NCBI RefSeq assembly: GCF_006345805.1
Contig: NC_043008.1
Location: 61,938,001-62,002,000 of the forward strand
DNA length: 64,000 bases
Source: Octopus sinensis
Lineage: Eukaryota
Direction: 5' to 3'
Positions within the stretch are counted from its first letter, which is position 1. Every line of letters starts with the position of its first letter. A program made the position numbers and the translations under genes. This document shows positions 1-12,439 of this stretch, one piece after another. The notes beneath the pieces were generated by a model, which saw nothing but the letters and a program-made list of their open reading frames with translations, was not told where the DNA came from and did no database searches.

Positions 1-597
1 TATTTGTTTAAAAAATTCTTTGCACTTTATTTATTACAAACACTATGGAAAATGTCATCAACCACTCCTTGAACATTACCAAATGCTTTTACACATTTTC
101 TTCTTTTCGAAGAAGCAAATGGAAAATTTGTATTTCAGTAATGACTTCTTGAATAATTTATCCGTTAATGCATAACTTGGACTATAATATTCTAACAAGA
201 TTGTTAATTTTCATTGAAAATCTTTAAATATTTAAATCCAAATGGCTTTCTTTATTAATTTTCTTGTTAAAACTCCCTGTATTGTAAAAGTTTCCTGAAA
301 AAGACTAATGAATCACTTATAAAGAAGGTTTAAATATTAGGATAGAAAAGTGTGGAAAACTAATTTTTTACGGATTAACTCAACATACTGCGTAAATCCA
401 CGAATTCTGTTACCGTCCAATGACCCTGAGCTTATAAGATGCGTATAGTCGATTTAATCCACAGATCTTGATAGGTATCATATTTTATTGACAGCAGAGG
501 AATCAATGATAATGTTCAGGTCAATCTTCAACTCAAAACATTAAAATGATTAAACAGATTCCCCAATAATTATCTCAGAAAGGTTTTTGATTGAGTT

Positions 598-756
598 CAG
601 TAGTAGTAGTAGTAGTTGTAGTAGTAGCAGCAGTAGCAGCAGTAGTAGTAGTAGTAGTTGTAGTAGTAGTAGTAGTAGTAGCAGCAGCGGTGGCAGCAGG
701 AGAAGCAGCAGTAGCAGAAGCAGCAGAGCAGCAGCGGCAGTAGCAGTAGCAGTACC

Positions 757-802
<46 letters not shown>

Positions 803-836
803 GTATTAGTAGTAGTAGTAGTAGTAGTAGTAGTTA
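598..836. repeat. (TAG)n/(CAG)n trinucleotide microsatellite
   Basis: Direct AGT/AGC repeats; explains the poly-Ser/Val ORF 587..862. Confidence 0.95.
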
Positions 837-1459
837 TTCTTGTACCACATTCCTGGTACTAGGATCTTTTGATTACTTCAGGCCTCCGGTTACACTGAAG
901 TTAAGTTTCAAAATATCATCTCTTCTATATTCTTTTCTAGACAACACGTATAAATGTTTCTAATTTAAAATCCATAATCCGAGATATCCGTTGTGAGTCT
1001 TCATTGGCAATAAGAAATCCTCATATACATATTTACCAGATGAGGAATATACATTTACCTATTATTTAAGCTTAAAAGTTTGTTCATTACTCAAACGCAA
1101 AGTGAAACGTTATTATTCGCAAGATATCCCTAATATTCTTCTGTTTTATTGCTTACCTTTAATTAAACAGTTATATGAAGATTAAGGCTTATGGTGAAGG
1201 CATAGGGTGGCCATTATGAATTGCAAATGTGAATAAAATATTGTCAGTAAATATAACTAACTACCAGTTTCATTAAACAAAGCCTAAAACTATTTTATTA
1301 TTTTTATGATAAAATGAATAATGGGTACATGTATATGACGCAACCGGTATGATATATTTATATTTATTACAATTTTTAACAAACATAAAATTATATGAAA
1401 TATATTTGTACTGAAATATTTCTGTCTTCTTTAACTTACATGAACTGATTGTTGGCTAA

Positions 1460-1650
1460 CCATATGTTCTTTCCAGACATTATATAACTCGCGTCTCAAA
1501 GACAGAGCAGAAGTTAAAACACCTGCTCCGATGCAGAGCGTGTGTTAGACTAATAACATCTACTGCAAAAGCCATCTATAAAAGTGAAAAGTTATCACAC
1601 ACTAACTCATGGCATTCTCTAATACACTGTCTTGCTTTATATATTTTTCT
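1460..1650 (+). pseudogene. Decayed piggyBac-like transposase C-terminal Cys-rich domain
   Basis: Frame PYVLSRHYITRVSKTEQKLKHLLRCRAC, then frameshifted NIYCKS and LSCFIY, resembling the RLxxRHF...RxCxxC...TxYxCxxC...LC..CF..YH pattern. Confidence 0.45.
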
Positions 1651-2781
1651 GACCTTTCTGTCGTTTTTGAAAAGCTCTTGTTTCTCTCAACAAACGTGCT
1701 ATATATTTCTCTCTCGTTCATGCTACTTCACTCAAGAAAATGAAGGAGTCTTAAAACCTCCTTCATAAACATTGTGTCCTGCAGGACTCTACAAACTATA
1801 AATATTGTTATTAAAGGTATTGTTTTCCTCAACTGCTGAAGCTGAATAACAATGAGGTTTACCATACTAATCTTGGCTGCTCAGTAAAACCGAACAAGCG
1901 TGTAACCATGGCCATCGGGTTAAGAAGTTTATTTCACAATTACCTGGCTTCGAAATCGATACTGCTGATCGATACACCAGATCACTGCCTTCTATTATAG
2001 CCAAGTGTTGACTCATTCTTGTTGGTGAAATCTGGTTAACCCCAATTCTATGTAAGCTTGGCGGGAAGATATTACCTTTTTGTAATGGTAGTTAACATTT
2101 AACTGAATATAAGTTTTAATTAATTTCAATATGTTAAACACAAACAGTCACACACACACACACATACATACATACACGCACACATGTACATACATATATG
2201 TATGTATATAGTTTAAATTGATCATCTCTGTTGACTCAGAAATATATGGTTATAAAAATGTATTTAATACTTTTATCTAACAAATGAAAGGAACAAAAGA
2301 AAAAGAAAAACAATGAATAGCTAAATGTTTCTCTTGATCAAACATATCATAGCCTCAGTGGACTGGTATATAATATCTATGGCTGTTAAATCCTTCTCTA
2401 TGAACTCAAACTTTAATCTTGATGACCTTTTAAAGATCAATTTCAAAATGTCAACTTACACGGATTACTATTCTCAATATAAGTATTTTGCATAATAGAT
2501 CTGCCACCTTAATACATCCAAATGTTTCTAGGGTGATTCTAGTTGAGTTCACTCGATGTCAAGAATATCATTCTAGATTACAGCAAGGAACATAACTTTC
2601 TCCCTTGTTTTAACCTGTACTGAGACACTTGGAAAATTGTTTTGGTCATTTCAATTCGTTTTCTGGAGAGATGAAAAATTCCTTGAATAATCCTAATATA
2701 CACATCACTCTCTGGCACTATTTCTGTCTTGAATTCTCTTAAATTCAACGTTGCTCTCTCTTTCTCTTGCTCTCTATCCCC

Positions 2782-2827
<46 letters not shown>

Positions 2828-4123
2828 CTATCTGTCTCAATCCTTCTCTTTCTACAATTATCTTATTATTCTGTTGGTACAACCTGTCATTGTATCCGAT
2901 TTATCATAAACTTCTGAAATGCTTTACAACTATAAACATGGCATGCATCACTTTATTTTATCAGCCAAAACTTATGACATAAACAATACACTATACGTAC
3001 AATTTTTTTATGCTTGGACATGACTCCATATTAATAAAACAAGATGTTATAGATTGTGTCATAAAACTGAAACAACATGTACACCGGTAAAAATAATATC
3101 GTTCATACCATCATAAATAGTAGCTGTAATGTTGTCAAAATATGTTGCAAGACATAAATCTCAATATTGTAATTAGCAACGTCATGACGCAGACTCTACC
3201 TTGCTCATTGATCGTGTAAATTCTAAAGGCTTACATTGTATAATCGCATTGCTCTTTTCACAAAACAATCCCCAGATCACGAGAAATTATTATTTTATTG
3301 AGGTTGACTACAACTTCTAAGGCATCGAATTTCATGTAAGATTTCTTTGATTATACTCGTCATCCTTCTGTAGTAGGTATAGATATGATTAAGTACACAT
3401 ATGTGTGTGTTTGCGTGTGTGAGTGTGTGCGTGCGTGCATGTGTGTATACATAAATGTATATGCATATATACATGAATATATGTACATGTATATATACGT
3501 ACACACACGCAAACATACACATGTATATATATGCATATGTGTGTGTATGAACAAACACACAGACACGCACGCACACACACATACACACACACACATATAT
3601 ATATATATATAAACTAGTAATAGCTGTATCCTTTATTACATTATTTATGGACAAATATAAAAGAAAACCTTCGAATCTTTCCTAAAAGAGAGATGAAATA
3701 CTGCTTACATCCTTTTATCTAGTTTTCTGCGTTGTACTAAAGCACTAGAAAGTCAATCATAGAAACATAGATTGACACTCCAGCTTCAGAGAGCAAAAGG
3801 TGAGGCTAGTTAGCAGGATTTAAGCAGTATGTCATTTCATTATCTTACGAAATTTGGAAGCTATATATCATATTAATGCCTCGTTATTAAAAAATCCAAA
3901 GCAAGACTTTCATTACTTGTGATCTTTCTCGTGATGACTGCAGGTATATAAACTCTCGCTATCACTCACGCTCTCTCTATCGCTTTCTTTATGTGAATAT
4001 ACACTGAATACGTAGATATCCATATACATAAACGTAAGCACACACACATATGTATTTTAAAGCTGAAGAAATTGACGTGCAGGCGTTATATATATATAAT
4101 ATATAATATGTAATATAATATTA

Positions 4124-4488
4124 TACTCTTTACTCTTTTACTTGTTTCAGTCATTTGACTGCGGCCATGCTGGAGCACCACCTTTAGTACTTATTCTATC
4201 GGTCTCTTTTTGCCGAACCGCTAAGTGACGGGGACCTAAACACACCAGCATCGGTTGTCAAGCAATGCTAGGGGGACAAACACAGACACACAAACACACA
4301 CACATATACATATATATACATATATACGACAGGCTTCTTTCAGTTTCCGTCTACCAAATCCACTCACAAGGCACTGGTCGGCCCGGGGCTATAGCAGAAG
4401 ACACTTGCCCAAGATGCCACGCAGTGGGACTGAACCCGCAACCGTGTGGTTGCTTAGCAAGCTACTTACCACACAGCCACTCCTGCGC
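4124..4488 (-). mobile_element. tRNA-headed CORE-like SINE (family S1), full length
   Basis: Minus strand head GCGCAGGAGTGGCTGTGTGGTAAGTAGC, CORE-like TTGGGCAAGTGTCTTC, internal TA/CA run, (GTAAAA/GA)n tail; near-identical copies elsewhere in the window. Confidence 0.9.
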
Positions 4489-4574
4489 ATATATGTATAT
4501 CTATATATATATCTATATAGTACGTTTAAATATTTGTTGTGCAATATTTTTTACGTGAAGTCGTGTGTTGAAAC

Positions 4575-4865
4575 AGATATTGTTATATTTCAGAATGGTC
4601 ATATTGCAAGTTTAGCCAATAAAAACACACGCACTATATATTTGGTGTTATTTTGCTTCAGTGTTATTTATTTTTTACAAATAAGAAAGAAGAAAACAAA
4701 GGACCAGTGATGCGGTCACAGGAGTGTGACGAAAGAACTCTGGCCGAAATAAGATTAAAATTAATGTAAAAAATAAATAACACTGAAGCAAAATAACACC
4801 AAATATATAGCGCGTGTGTTTTATTAGCTAAACTGGCAATATGACCATTCCGAAATATAACAATA

Positions 4866-4868
<3 letters not shown>
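4575..4868. mobile_element. Foldback element (~105 bp arms) with a decayed hammerhead-like motif in the spacer
   Basis: 4575-4679 is the reverse complement of 4765-4868; spacer 4701-4745 has stems ACCA/UGG, GUCAC/GUGAC, GAAA and a CUC triplet; right arm ends in (CT)n(TA)n. Confidence 0.6.
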
Positions 4869-4897
<29 letters not shown>

Positions 4898-5099
4898 ATA
4901 TATATATATATAATATATATATATGCACACCTTTCAATGCCATAAGGACCACAAATATCAGAACTTAGCTGCAGCCGTTAGTGGTCCAAATCTATGTGGC
5001 TAACTTTTTAATACATTTTCTGGTTTAAAAAGTCACATCAGGTACCTTGATGGATCAGAGGTGGTACATGAGCTGGTCCAGACACTGCATAAGGGGTAA

Positions 5100-5176
<77 letters not shown>

Positions 5177-5448
5177 AATATTTAAAAATTGAGGGAGATA
5201 AATTAATATTAATTTTAATATCAATTTAAAACCAGTAGTCCAGCATTCAAAAAATCTGAGGAGTCAGAGAAAATTCAAATATATGTGTATATTGGCAGGG
5301 CTGGCCTGCTAGGTAGCCGGCCAGAATGCTAGAAATAGATCATCAACGATCAAACTACAAGGGAAATTCTCTAGAGGAAGAATTCAGCGAACACCAGAAC
5401 CAAATTTGGCGGGCAGGACATATGAAAAATTAAATAAAAAACAGACTT

Positions 5449-5526
5449 AAATGCATACCTCGGTTTCGGTCTTAACAAAAGAATTACTTGCATAATTCAA
5501 TTGTCCGTGACTTCTTCAGTACATTC
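5449..5526 (-). ncRNA. Type I hammerhead ribozyme, intact core
   Basis: GAAUGUA-CUGAAGA-AGUC...GACC-GAAA-CC-GA-GG-UA-UGCAUUU; 7-bp stem I, GUA triplet, predicted cut between 5456 and 5455. Confidence 0.85.
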
Positions 5527-6261
5527 GCTCCTCGAGATGCAAACTGAAAGACTAACCCCAGCTCTCTGTGTCAAGACAGACACGTGCTTAGTCTTACTGA
5601 TTACATCGGGAATAAAATTTCAAATGTCTTGGTTCCGGCGCGCTAAGAGACTCCTGAAGCGAAGGGCTGCAGTGAATAATTCACTGCGGGTAAAGCTTAC
5701 TACTAGGGAACGTATTTATTTAAATATTTAAAAATTGAGGGAGATAAATTAATATTAATTTTAATATCAATTTAAAACCAGTAATCCAGCATTCAAAAAA
5801 TCTGAGGAGTCAGAGAAAATTCAAATATATGTGTATATTGGCAGGGCTGGCCTGCTAGGTAGCCGGCCAGAATGCTAGAAATAGATCATCAACGATCAAA
5901 CTACGAGGGAAACTCTCTAGAGGAAGAATTCAGCGAACACCAGAACCAAATTTGGCGGGCAGGACATATGAAAATTTAAATAAAAAACAGACTTAAATGC
6001 ATACTACTGGTTTTAAATTGATATTAAAATTAATATTAATTTATCTCCCTCAATTTTTAAATATTTAAATAAATACGTTCCCTAGTAGTAAGCTTTACCC
6101 GCAGTGAATTATTCACTGCAGCCCTTCGCTTCAGGAGTCTCTTAGCGCGCCGGAACCAAGACATTTGAAATTTTATTCCCGATGTAATCAGTAAGACTAA
6201 GCACGTGTCTGTCTTGACACAGAGAGCTGGGGTTAGTCTTTCAGTTTGCATCTCGAGGACC

Positions 6262-6339
6262 GAATGTACTGAAGAAGTCACGGACACTTGAATTATGCAA
6301 GTAATTCTTTTGTTAAGACCGAAACCGAGGTATGCATTT
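6262..6339 (+). ncRNA. Type I hammerhead ribozyme, intact core
   Basis: Same motif on the plus strand; CUGAAGA 6269-6275, GAAA 6321-6324, GUA 6330-6332. Confidence 0.85.
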
Positions 6340-6543
6340 AAGTCTGTTTTTTATTTAATATTTCATATGTCCTGCCCGCCAAATTTGGTTCTGGTGTTCG
6401 CTGAATTCTTCCTCTAGAGAATTCCCCTTGTAGTTTGATCGTTGATGATCTATTTCTAGCATTCTGGCCGGCTACCTAGCAGGCCAGCCCTGCCAATATA
6501 TACATATATATATATATATAATATATAATATATATATATATAT

Positions 6544-6607
<64 letters not shown>

Positions 6608-9468
6608 ACTGCCTGGTACTGCATCATCATCATCATCATCATTATTATTATTATTATTATTATTTTTATTAGTATTATTGTTATTACTACGTTTGTTGAA
6701 AATAGGTCAGATGTGTTTTCGAACAAACTACGTATGTCGTGTTTAAAATCATTGTTTTTACCATCTTGGTGCAGTTGTTTGTGCAGAAGTTTTGTTATAA
6801 TTTCTTACTAAGAACACCAGTTATCTTTTGCTGGTGTTTTGTGTTTCTTTTACCTCTCCCCACAAAACACGTTCAGTTGTTGGAGTTTAAAAACAAAATC
6901 CATTAAAAGATTTCGGCGTCCGGTTTCAACGCATGCAAAAAGAAAACACTTCGCTCCGTTTCCTTCCCTTACTCACTTGAAAAATTGGTGCATGACGATT
7001 GCTGAGTGCGATAAAGAATGCATCAGTAACAATAGCATTATTGAAATTAAAGCAGGTGAATGGAAATGGTTACAGTTCAAAGCCCATTTCATTGCAGACA
7101 AAGAACGGACAGATCAATGACGTTTTAAGTAGTTTCACTTAAGAAAGAAGTTCCCTCGCAAATTTCCCAAGATCTGACGACAGTGTTCTGTCAATATCTA
7201 GCTTCTAGAAAAGATACTTCACAAAAATTTAAAAGGAAAACAACAACCTGCACAGAACCTTTCAGTTCATTACACACTTCCATCATAAAACACTCACTTT
7301 CAGGGTGGTGCCTCATCATAGCCTCAATCTAACACAAGTAAAAGATTAAAAAAGAAATATGGAAAGTGTTTAAACTGGGTCGCTCCATCATCCAAATATT
7401 TCTCAGGTTAAACAGTATTTCTACTTGCTTCTTGTTGTAGAGTAGACGTCTTGCTGAATATTCCAATTGCAGAAAATTCACAAATAATAATAAAAAATCT
7501 GTTCTCTATAAATATATCACATCCAACATAAATAACAATATTTAGCACCCGATGGAAATGGTTGATCTATTCTCGAACGAAGACTACACCTGAGAAAAAG
7601 CTAATTTGGTGGGGATATAAAGGATATTGTGTATTAAGAAGTGTTAAAACAATAAAACATACAAAGGGAATATATATTGCCATCAATTCGAAACAAGCCC
7701 ATTATTGGTGAGTCGAAAATAGCAGTTGTACTAATACAATAATGCACGGCCACGTATTGCTCACGTAACTCAGGAATATTTTATGGAGGTTTTGCTTTAT
7801 CTAAGTCATATTCATTTCCCTGACCTTGTCCATATTACAATCTTCTTTGCATATCATTACTCAATTACTTAGAGGGAAAACATCTTTTTTCATTGCGAAG
7901 AAGTTAAAATTAAGCAAAGTGTTTCTTTGCTTCAAAAGTTTCAGAATTTCATTCTAGTGATCAACAATTTGTGAAATAGACGGATGTATGTTATCAGTTA
8001 TGAAGGAAAAGATTATCGTGTTTAAATAAGATCAAAGGAGCATTTGTAGCTTTCCCGTAAGGCGCGACTTTTCCTCCAACATAAGATACATAGGTGCTTC
8101 CTGAAACACACAGACGCCTATCTGTATAATTTTTAGAACGGATACATATTAGTTAATAAAATTAATACTGCTAATTTTTAACAACTAAATAAATATGAGC
8201 CAATGCTGAATGAATCCGCGATGATATGCATTGCAACGATGGATAATATAGTGTAATCAACAATTCGCTTATAATGTTAAAATGACACTCATATTATGTT
8301 AAAGAATTTGGCTTATGCGTAGTTCACAAAATAACGCTTTAGTCAGCTTTTTAGATGGTACATGTAACCTATTGCATGACCTTAATGCCTCCTACCACAA
8401 AGTAAATGACACAATTAATTACATAAGTAGATTGTGTAGCACCACGAAAGATATACGTTGGAGTCTATTATGAATATATATAATTTATCAAAGATCATTG
8501 GCAATGGGCAAATATTAAAGGTTGTTATATGCTAAAGGTTTTACTAGAAAATGCTATGATAAGCATTAAAGTGTTTGAACACATTGATAGAAATGGAAAT
8601 AATGAAAATATCAATTAGTGTAATCTGCTATATTATCAGGGTTTAGCTACTTTTTTTGCTAAAACACTTTTTATATTTTGAAGAGAATTTTCTCTCTACC
8701 ATAAAAGTTACAACAGAATCATTAATTAAAATACAATTAAGTATCCTATCTGGAGACAGAAATTCTTCTAACGTTTCAAAATTTATTCTAATTATTAATT
8801 ATATTACTCCCGATTGCAATTTCACTAATTCTAATGATCTCCTTTCAATTTAGATATTCGTTCCAGGTAAGAAACTTTTAATTGAACGCAGTGTTTAACA
8901 CCCGATGTTTGAGGCTACAGGTTACGAGAAAGTAGTAGAATAAGACATCAAAGATTTTGAATATTTTAGACTGTCCTGTGCTCTCTCTTGTCATGAGAGT
9001 TAATTCTCCTGTTACCACATACCAATAATTTGCAAATATATATTATGCTTCAGTACTGCTCATTCTTTAGTGAATTAATCAAAGTATAGTGCGCTTGTAG
9101 TGTTTAACAGTTTTCTCTCATGCATGGTTTCGTTTGATATGTTACATCTAAATTCATCCTAATAGAATATATAATAGAGTCTGTACAATGTACAATGACA
9201 ACTTGGAATATGAAACTTGAAATCTACTAGTTTCTTTGCATTTTGACAAATTAAAATTATGAATCTAATTACACAAGATATGACGACGTAAAAGGAGATA
9301 TAGGATTAATTAATGACATAATTTAATACGACGCATTTCTCCACCACGTCATGCTATCAAATCTCTAAATGTTTTACAATAATTAAACTTATCAGCCTCA
9401 AATTAGGTAATCACATACAAGGTTTTCGTCAGTCTTCGGCTGATAATAAATAATTTCTCCTATATACT

Positions 9469-9552
9469 GAGAAGATCGATGGTTCCTTAATCAAAATTCT
9501 CTACATTGGATTGAACCAAAGATGCACAGGTCGACCAAAGGTTTTGCGATGA
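9469..9552 (+). pseudogene. RTE-clade LINE ORF C-terminal relic
   Basis: EKIDGSLIKILYIGLNQRCTGRPKVLR resembles RMxDxRLPKxxLYGELxxGKRxxGRPKxRW. Confidence 0.45.
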
Positions 9553-10004
9553 GTCTGGACGTGTGTTATTGTTTGATCCATTCTTTTAAATCAAAACTGA
9601 TAGAATTACAGATAGGAATGAAAATTAAAATTTTAAGATACTTCATTTAGTAATATATCTTAATGCCGACATCATCCCCAGCTATCCACTAAACTCGTTA
9701 TATTATGCAATAATTGTTATTTTTCTTTTTACTGTAAGAGAATGGTAAGAGGAATTGAAAAGCTTTGAATTAAACGAGTGAATTCTACTTGGGGTGTTAA
9801 ATCAAATTAATAGAAAAGATAATAGCGAGATTCATTTAGAACAACTTCCTTGTCATAATGAAATGGAGTGAGTGTTGAATAAGCTAAAATAAAACAAATT
9901 TAAAGACATTAGATATCCTTATCAACATATGAAATATATGATCTCTCTTAAGCCTTGATATCAATACGCATGTATAAAGTCTCCAGCAACAACAACACAC
10001 ACAA

Positions 10005-10569
10005 ATGAATTACAGCATAACAATAGAATTGAGTTATTCAAGGAAAATGGAATTAATATGCCTTGAATCAGGAAATTATCTTCCAAGAGAAGTAAAACGT
10101 GAATCTTATTATTCTACTGTTTCGCAGTTGAAAGCTATTGTTAAGAGCTGTAAGACTGGATCAAAAGAAATATTAGAACTGTTTCGCGTGAAATGATATT
10201 CAATAAAACTAAGAAACATATGAAAAAAGAAAAAAATATATATTAATATTTAAAGGAATTTATAAAGTATGTTTCAAAAACTTTAAATTGCATTCTCATT
10301 GATAGCAGACATGCAGTTTAAAGTTTATGGTTTAAAATGTATTTAATTTTCGTTGAATCATTGAATATATTATATTATAAAACAAACATTACATTTATAG
10401 ATAATTTGGTGAAAACTTATGCATTCCATTACTGAATTTCCATATTATAAGATTTGTGGGTTCAAATATTACCAGAGTCGATTTAATCTCCTTCTGTAAG
10501 TGAATTACTATAGAAAAATATACCCACACACGCGTACGCATGTATATAGAGATATATACACACAATCCT

Positions 10570-10610
<41 letters not shown>

Positions 10611-10881
10611 TTTGCGTACATACTATATACATGCGCATATATAGCGTGTTCAAAAAGTCTCTCCGCTGTAAGCATTTTATTGCAAAATAAATATTTATAA
10701 GATGTTTAAAGGCTGCAAAAGAATATATTAGACTTCACAAGACTTAAAATAACTTTGTAAGAGGTGTTGAAAATGACGTTCTTTATTATTTTCAACTTTT
10801 TTGCTGCCATGTGAGCACTTTCTGGGCTGATTTCCGCACGATGAAAGGAAATTCACTGTGGAGAGACTTCTGAACACCCTG

Positions 10882-10883
<2 letters not shown>
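10005..10883. mobile_element. Possible Tc1/mariner remnants
   Basis: Weak ELFKENGINM similarity near 10020-10060; terminal-repeat-like CAGGGTGTTCAGAAG next to TA on the minus strand at ~10855-10883. Confidence 0.25.
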
Positions 10884-10920
<37 letters not shown>

Positions 10921-11334
10921 ATGTGTGTGGGGGGATGTGAGTGTGTGTGTGTGTGTATGCGTGTGAAGATTGGTGGGGAGAAGAAAAAGGGGAACTCATT
11001 TTGAATTAATTATTATCTAAAGCCACTGATTTTACTCCTTTACTTGACTGATATCTGAGGCCATATATTGCACGCATCTCTCTCGTGTTGATATAGTTTG
11101 TATCATATTTTAATATGAGTATTTGTTTTCTTTAAACTTCTTTTATTTTGCGCCCGCCAACCCGCCTGTGTGTGCATGTACTTTCCACTATGTTAGCGAT
11201 GTTTACTTACAGCACACTTATGTATTGAGTAGAGGATAACAAGATAAAAAATACCCCAGCTCACTGTATATGATAGAAATTCCTTGTAAACAATTATTAC
11301 GCATTGAAATGAAGTATTATTTAATTATGAAACC

Positions 11335-11566
11335 TATTTCTTTATTACCCACAAGGGGCTAAACATAGAAGGGACAAACAAGGACAGACATAGGTGTTAA
11401 GTCGATTACATCGACCCCAGTGCGTAACTGGTGCTTAATTTATCGACCCCAAAAGGATGAAAGGCAAAGTCGACCTCGGCGGAATTTGAACTCACAACGT
11501 AACGGCAGACGAAATACCGCAAAGCATTTCGCCCGGCGTGCTAACGCTTCTCCCAGCTCACCGCCT
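11335..11566 (-). mobile_element. tRNA-headed SINE (family S3)
   Basis: Head AAGGCGGTGAGCTGGGAGAAGCGTTAGCAC and body GAGTTCAAATTCCGCCGAGGTCGACTTTGCC; ATTATTTAATTATGAAACC duplicated at 11316 and 11581. Confidence 0.85.
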
Positions 11567-12092
11567 TTTTTAATTTTTTAATTATTTAATTATGAAACCG
11601 ATTTACCCAAAGTATGTAGTAGGTGATAATGTCCTACTTTGGATAATAAAACATATTCTTACTAAATAATATATTCTAGCTGCAAAGGAGATAACAACTT
11701 AGACTTTTAGTTAGAAATAGCTAAGATATGTCGAAATCAACTCAATAGTCTGACACTAGCAAAAATAGCTGAATTATTTAAAATATGCATCCACGTAGTG
11801 ATTGTTAGCTGATTTGTATAGATAGAATCAGGAAGAGTGCGTCTACTAAAACTGACTTAATTTAATGTAGTGACTTGCCAAGTGTCAAAAGTTAATTGGC
11901 AAAACAGGTGTAGCTTCAAATCTTAGAATAGAATTAAACGAACGGCATAAGAGACTGATAGTTGCCACTGCTTGTCTGTGATTAAAAGTTCGCTTCACAA
12001 CTTCGGTCTACATGCTTGATACCAATATGTTGCACACGTTTTAAGGATATTTTCTCATAGATGAGTGTTAGTACAAGTATTTTGAATGTAAT

Positions 12093-12439
12093 GGAATGGA
12101 ATGGAAGCACTCCGTCGGTTACGACGACGAGGGTTCCGGTTGATCCGAATCAACGGAACAGCCTGCTCGTGAAATTAACGTGTAAGTGGCTGAGCACTCC
12201 ACAGACACGTGTACCCTTAACGTAGTTCTCGGGGATATTCAGCGTGACACAGAGAGTGACAAGGCCCGCCCTTTGAAATACAGGTACAACAGAAACAGGA
12301 AGTAAGAGTGAGAGAAAGCTGTGTTGAAAGAGTACAGCAGGGATCACCACCATCCCTGCCGGAGCCTCATGGAGCTTTAGGTGTTTTCGCTCAATAAACA
12401 CTCACAACGCCCGGTCTGGGAATCGAAACCGCGATCCTA
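12093..12439 (-). mobile_element. SINE family S2, tail variant 1, 5' truncated
   Basis: Matches copies at 35873 and 52735; TSD TGAATGTAAT (12083-12092, 12440-12449); (TTCCA)n tail. Confidence 0.9.

Larger units (their letters stand above)
5172..6507. mobile_element. Hammerhead retroelement (retrozyme-like or Penelope pseudo-LTR): 546-nt unit as a 1.5x tandem plus inverted copy, inserted in (TA)n
   Basis: GAGGGAGATA at 5191 and 5737 gives a period of 546; 6003-6507 is the reverse complement of ~5282-5783; few differences between copies; (TA)n at 5100-5171 and 6500-6605. Confidence 0.9.

Noticed and set aside
941-1816. Plus-strand exon-like segments (941-992, from 1477, 1785-1816) with good splice signals
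   Set aside because: Phases do not join into an open frame, and the 1477 segment is better explained as a piggyBac relic
3315-3370. Hammerhead-like AAGG-AUGACGA...GAAA-UUCGAU-G-CCUU on the minus strand
   Set aside because: C3 and H17 are wrong and stem II is poor; cannot be separated from chance
5501-5731. 76-aa ORF present in both copies of the 546-nt unit (also 6057-6287)
   Set aside because: Antisense to the ribozyme strand, no recognisable motif, and the copies are too similar for ORF retention to mean anything
6977-7001. Minus-strand 25-nt microexon candidate (NRHAPIFQ, cadherin-like; or MHQFF start)
   Set aside because: Too short, with no supporting neighbouring exons
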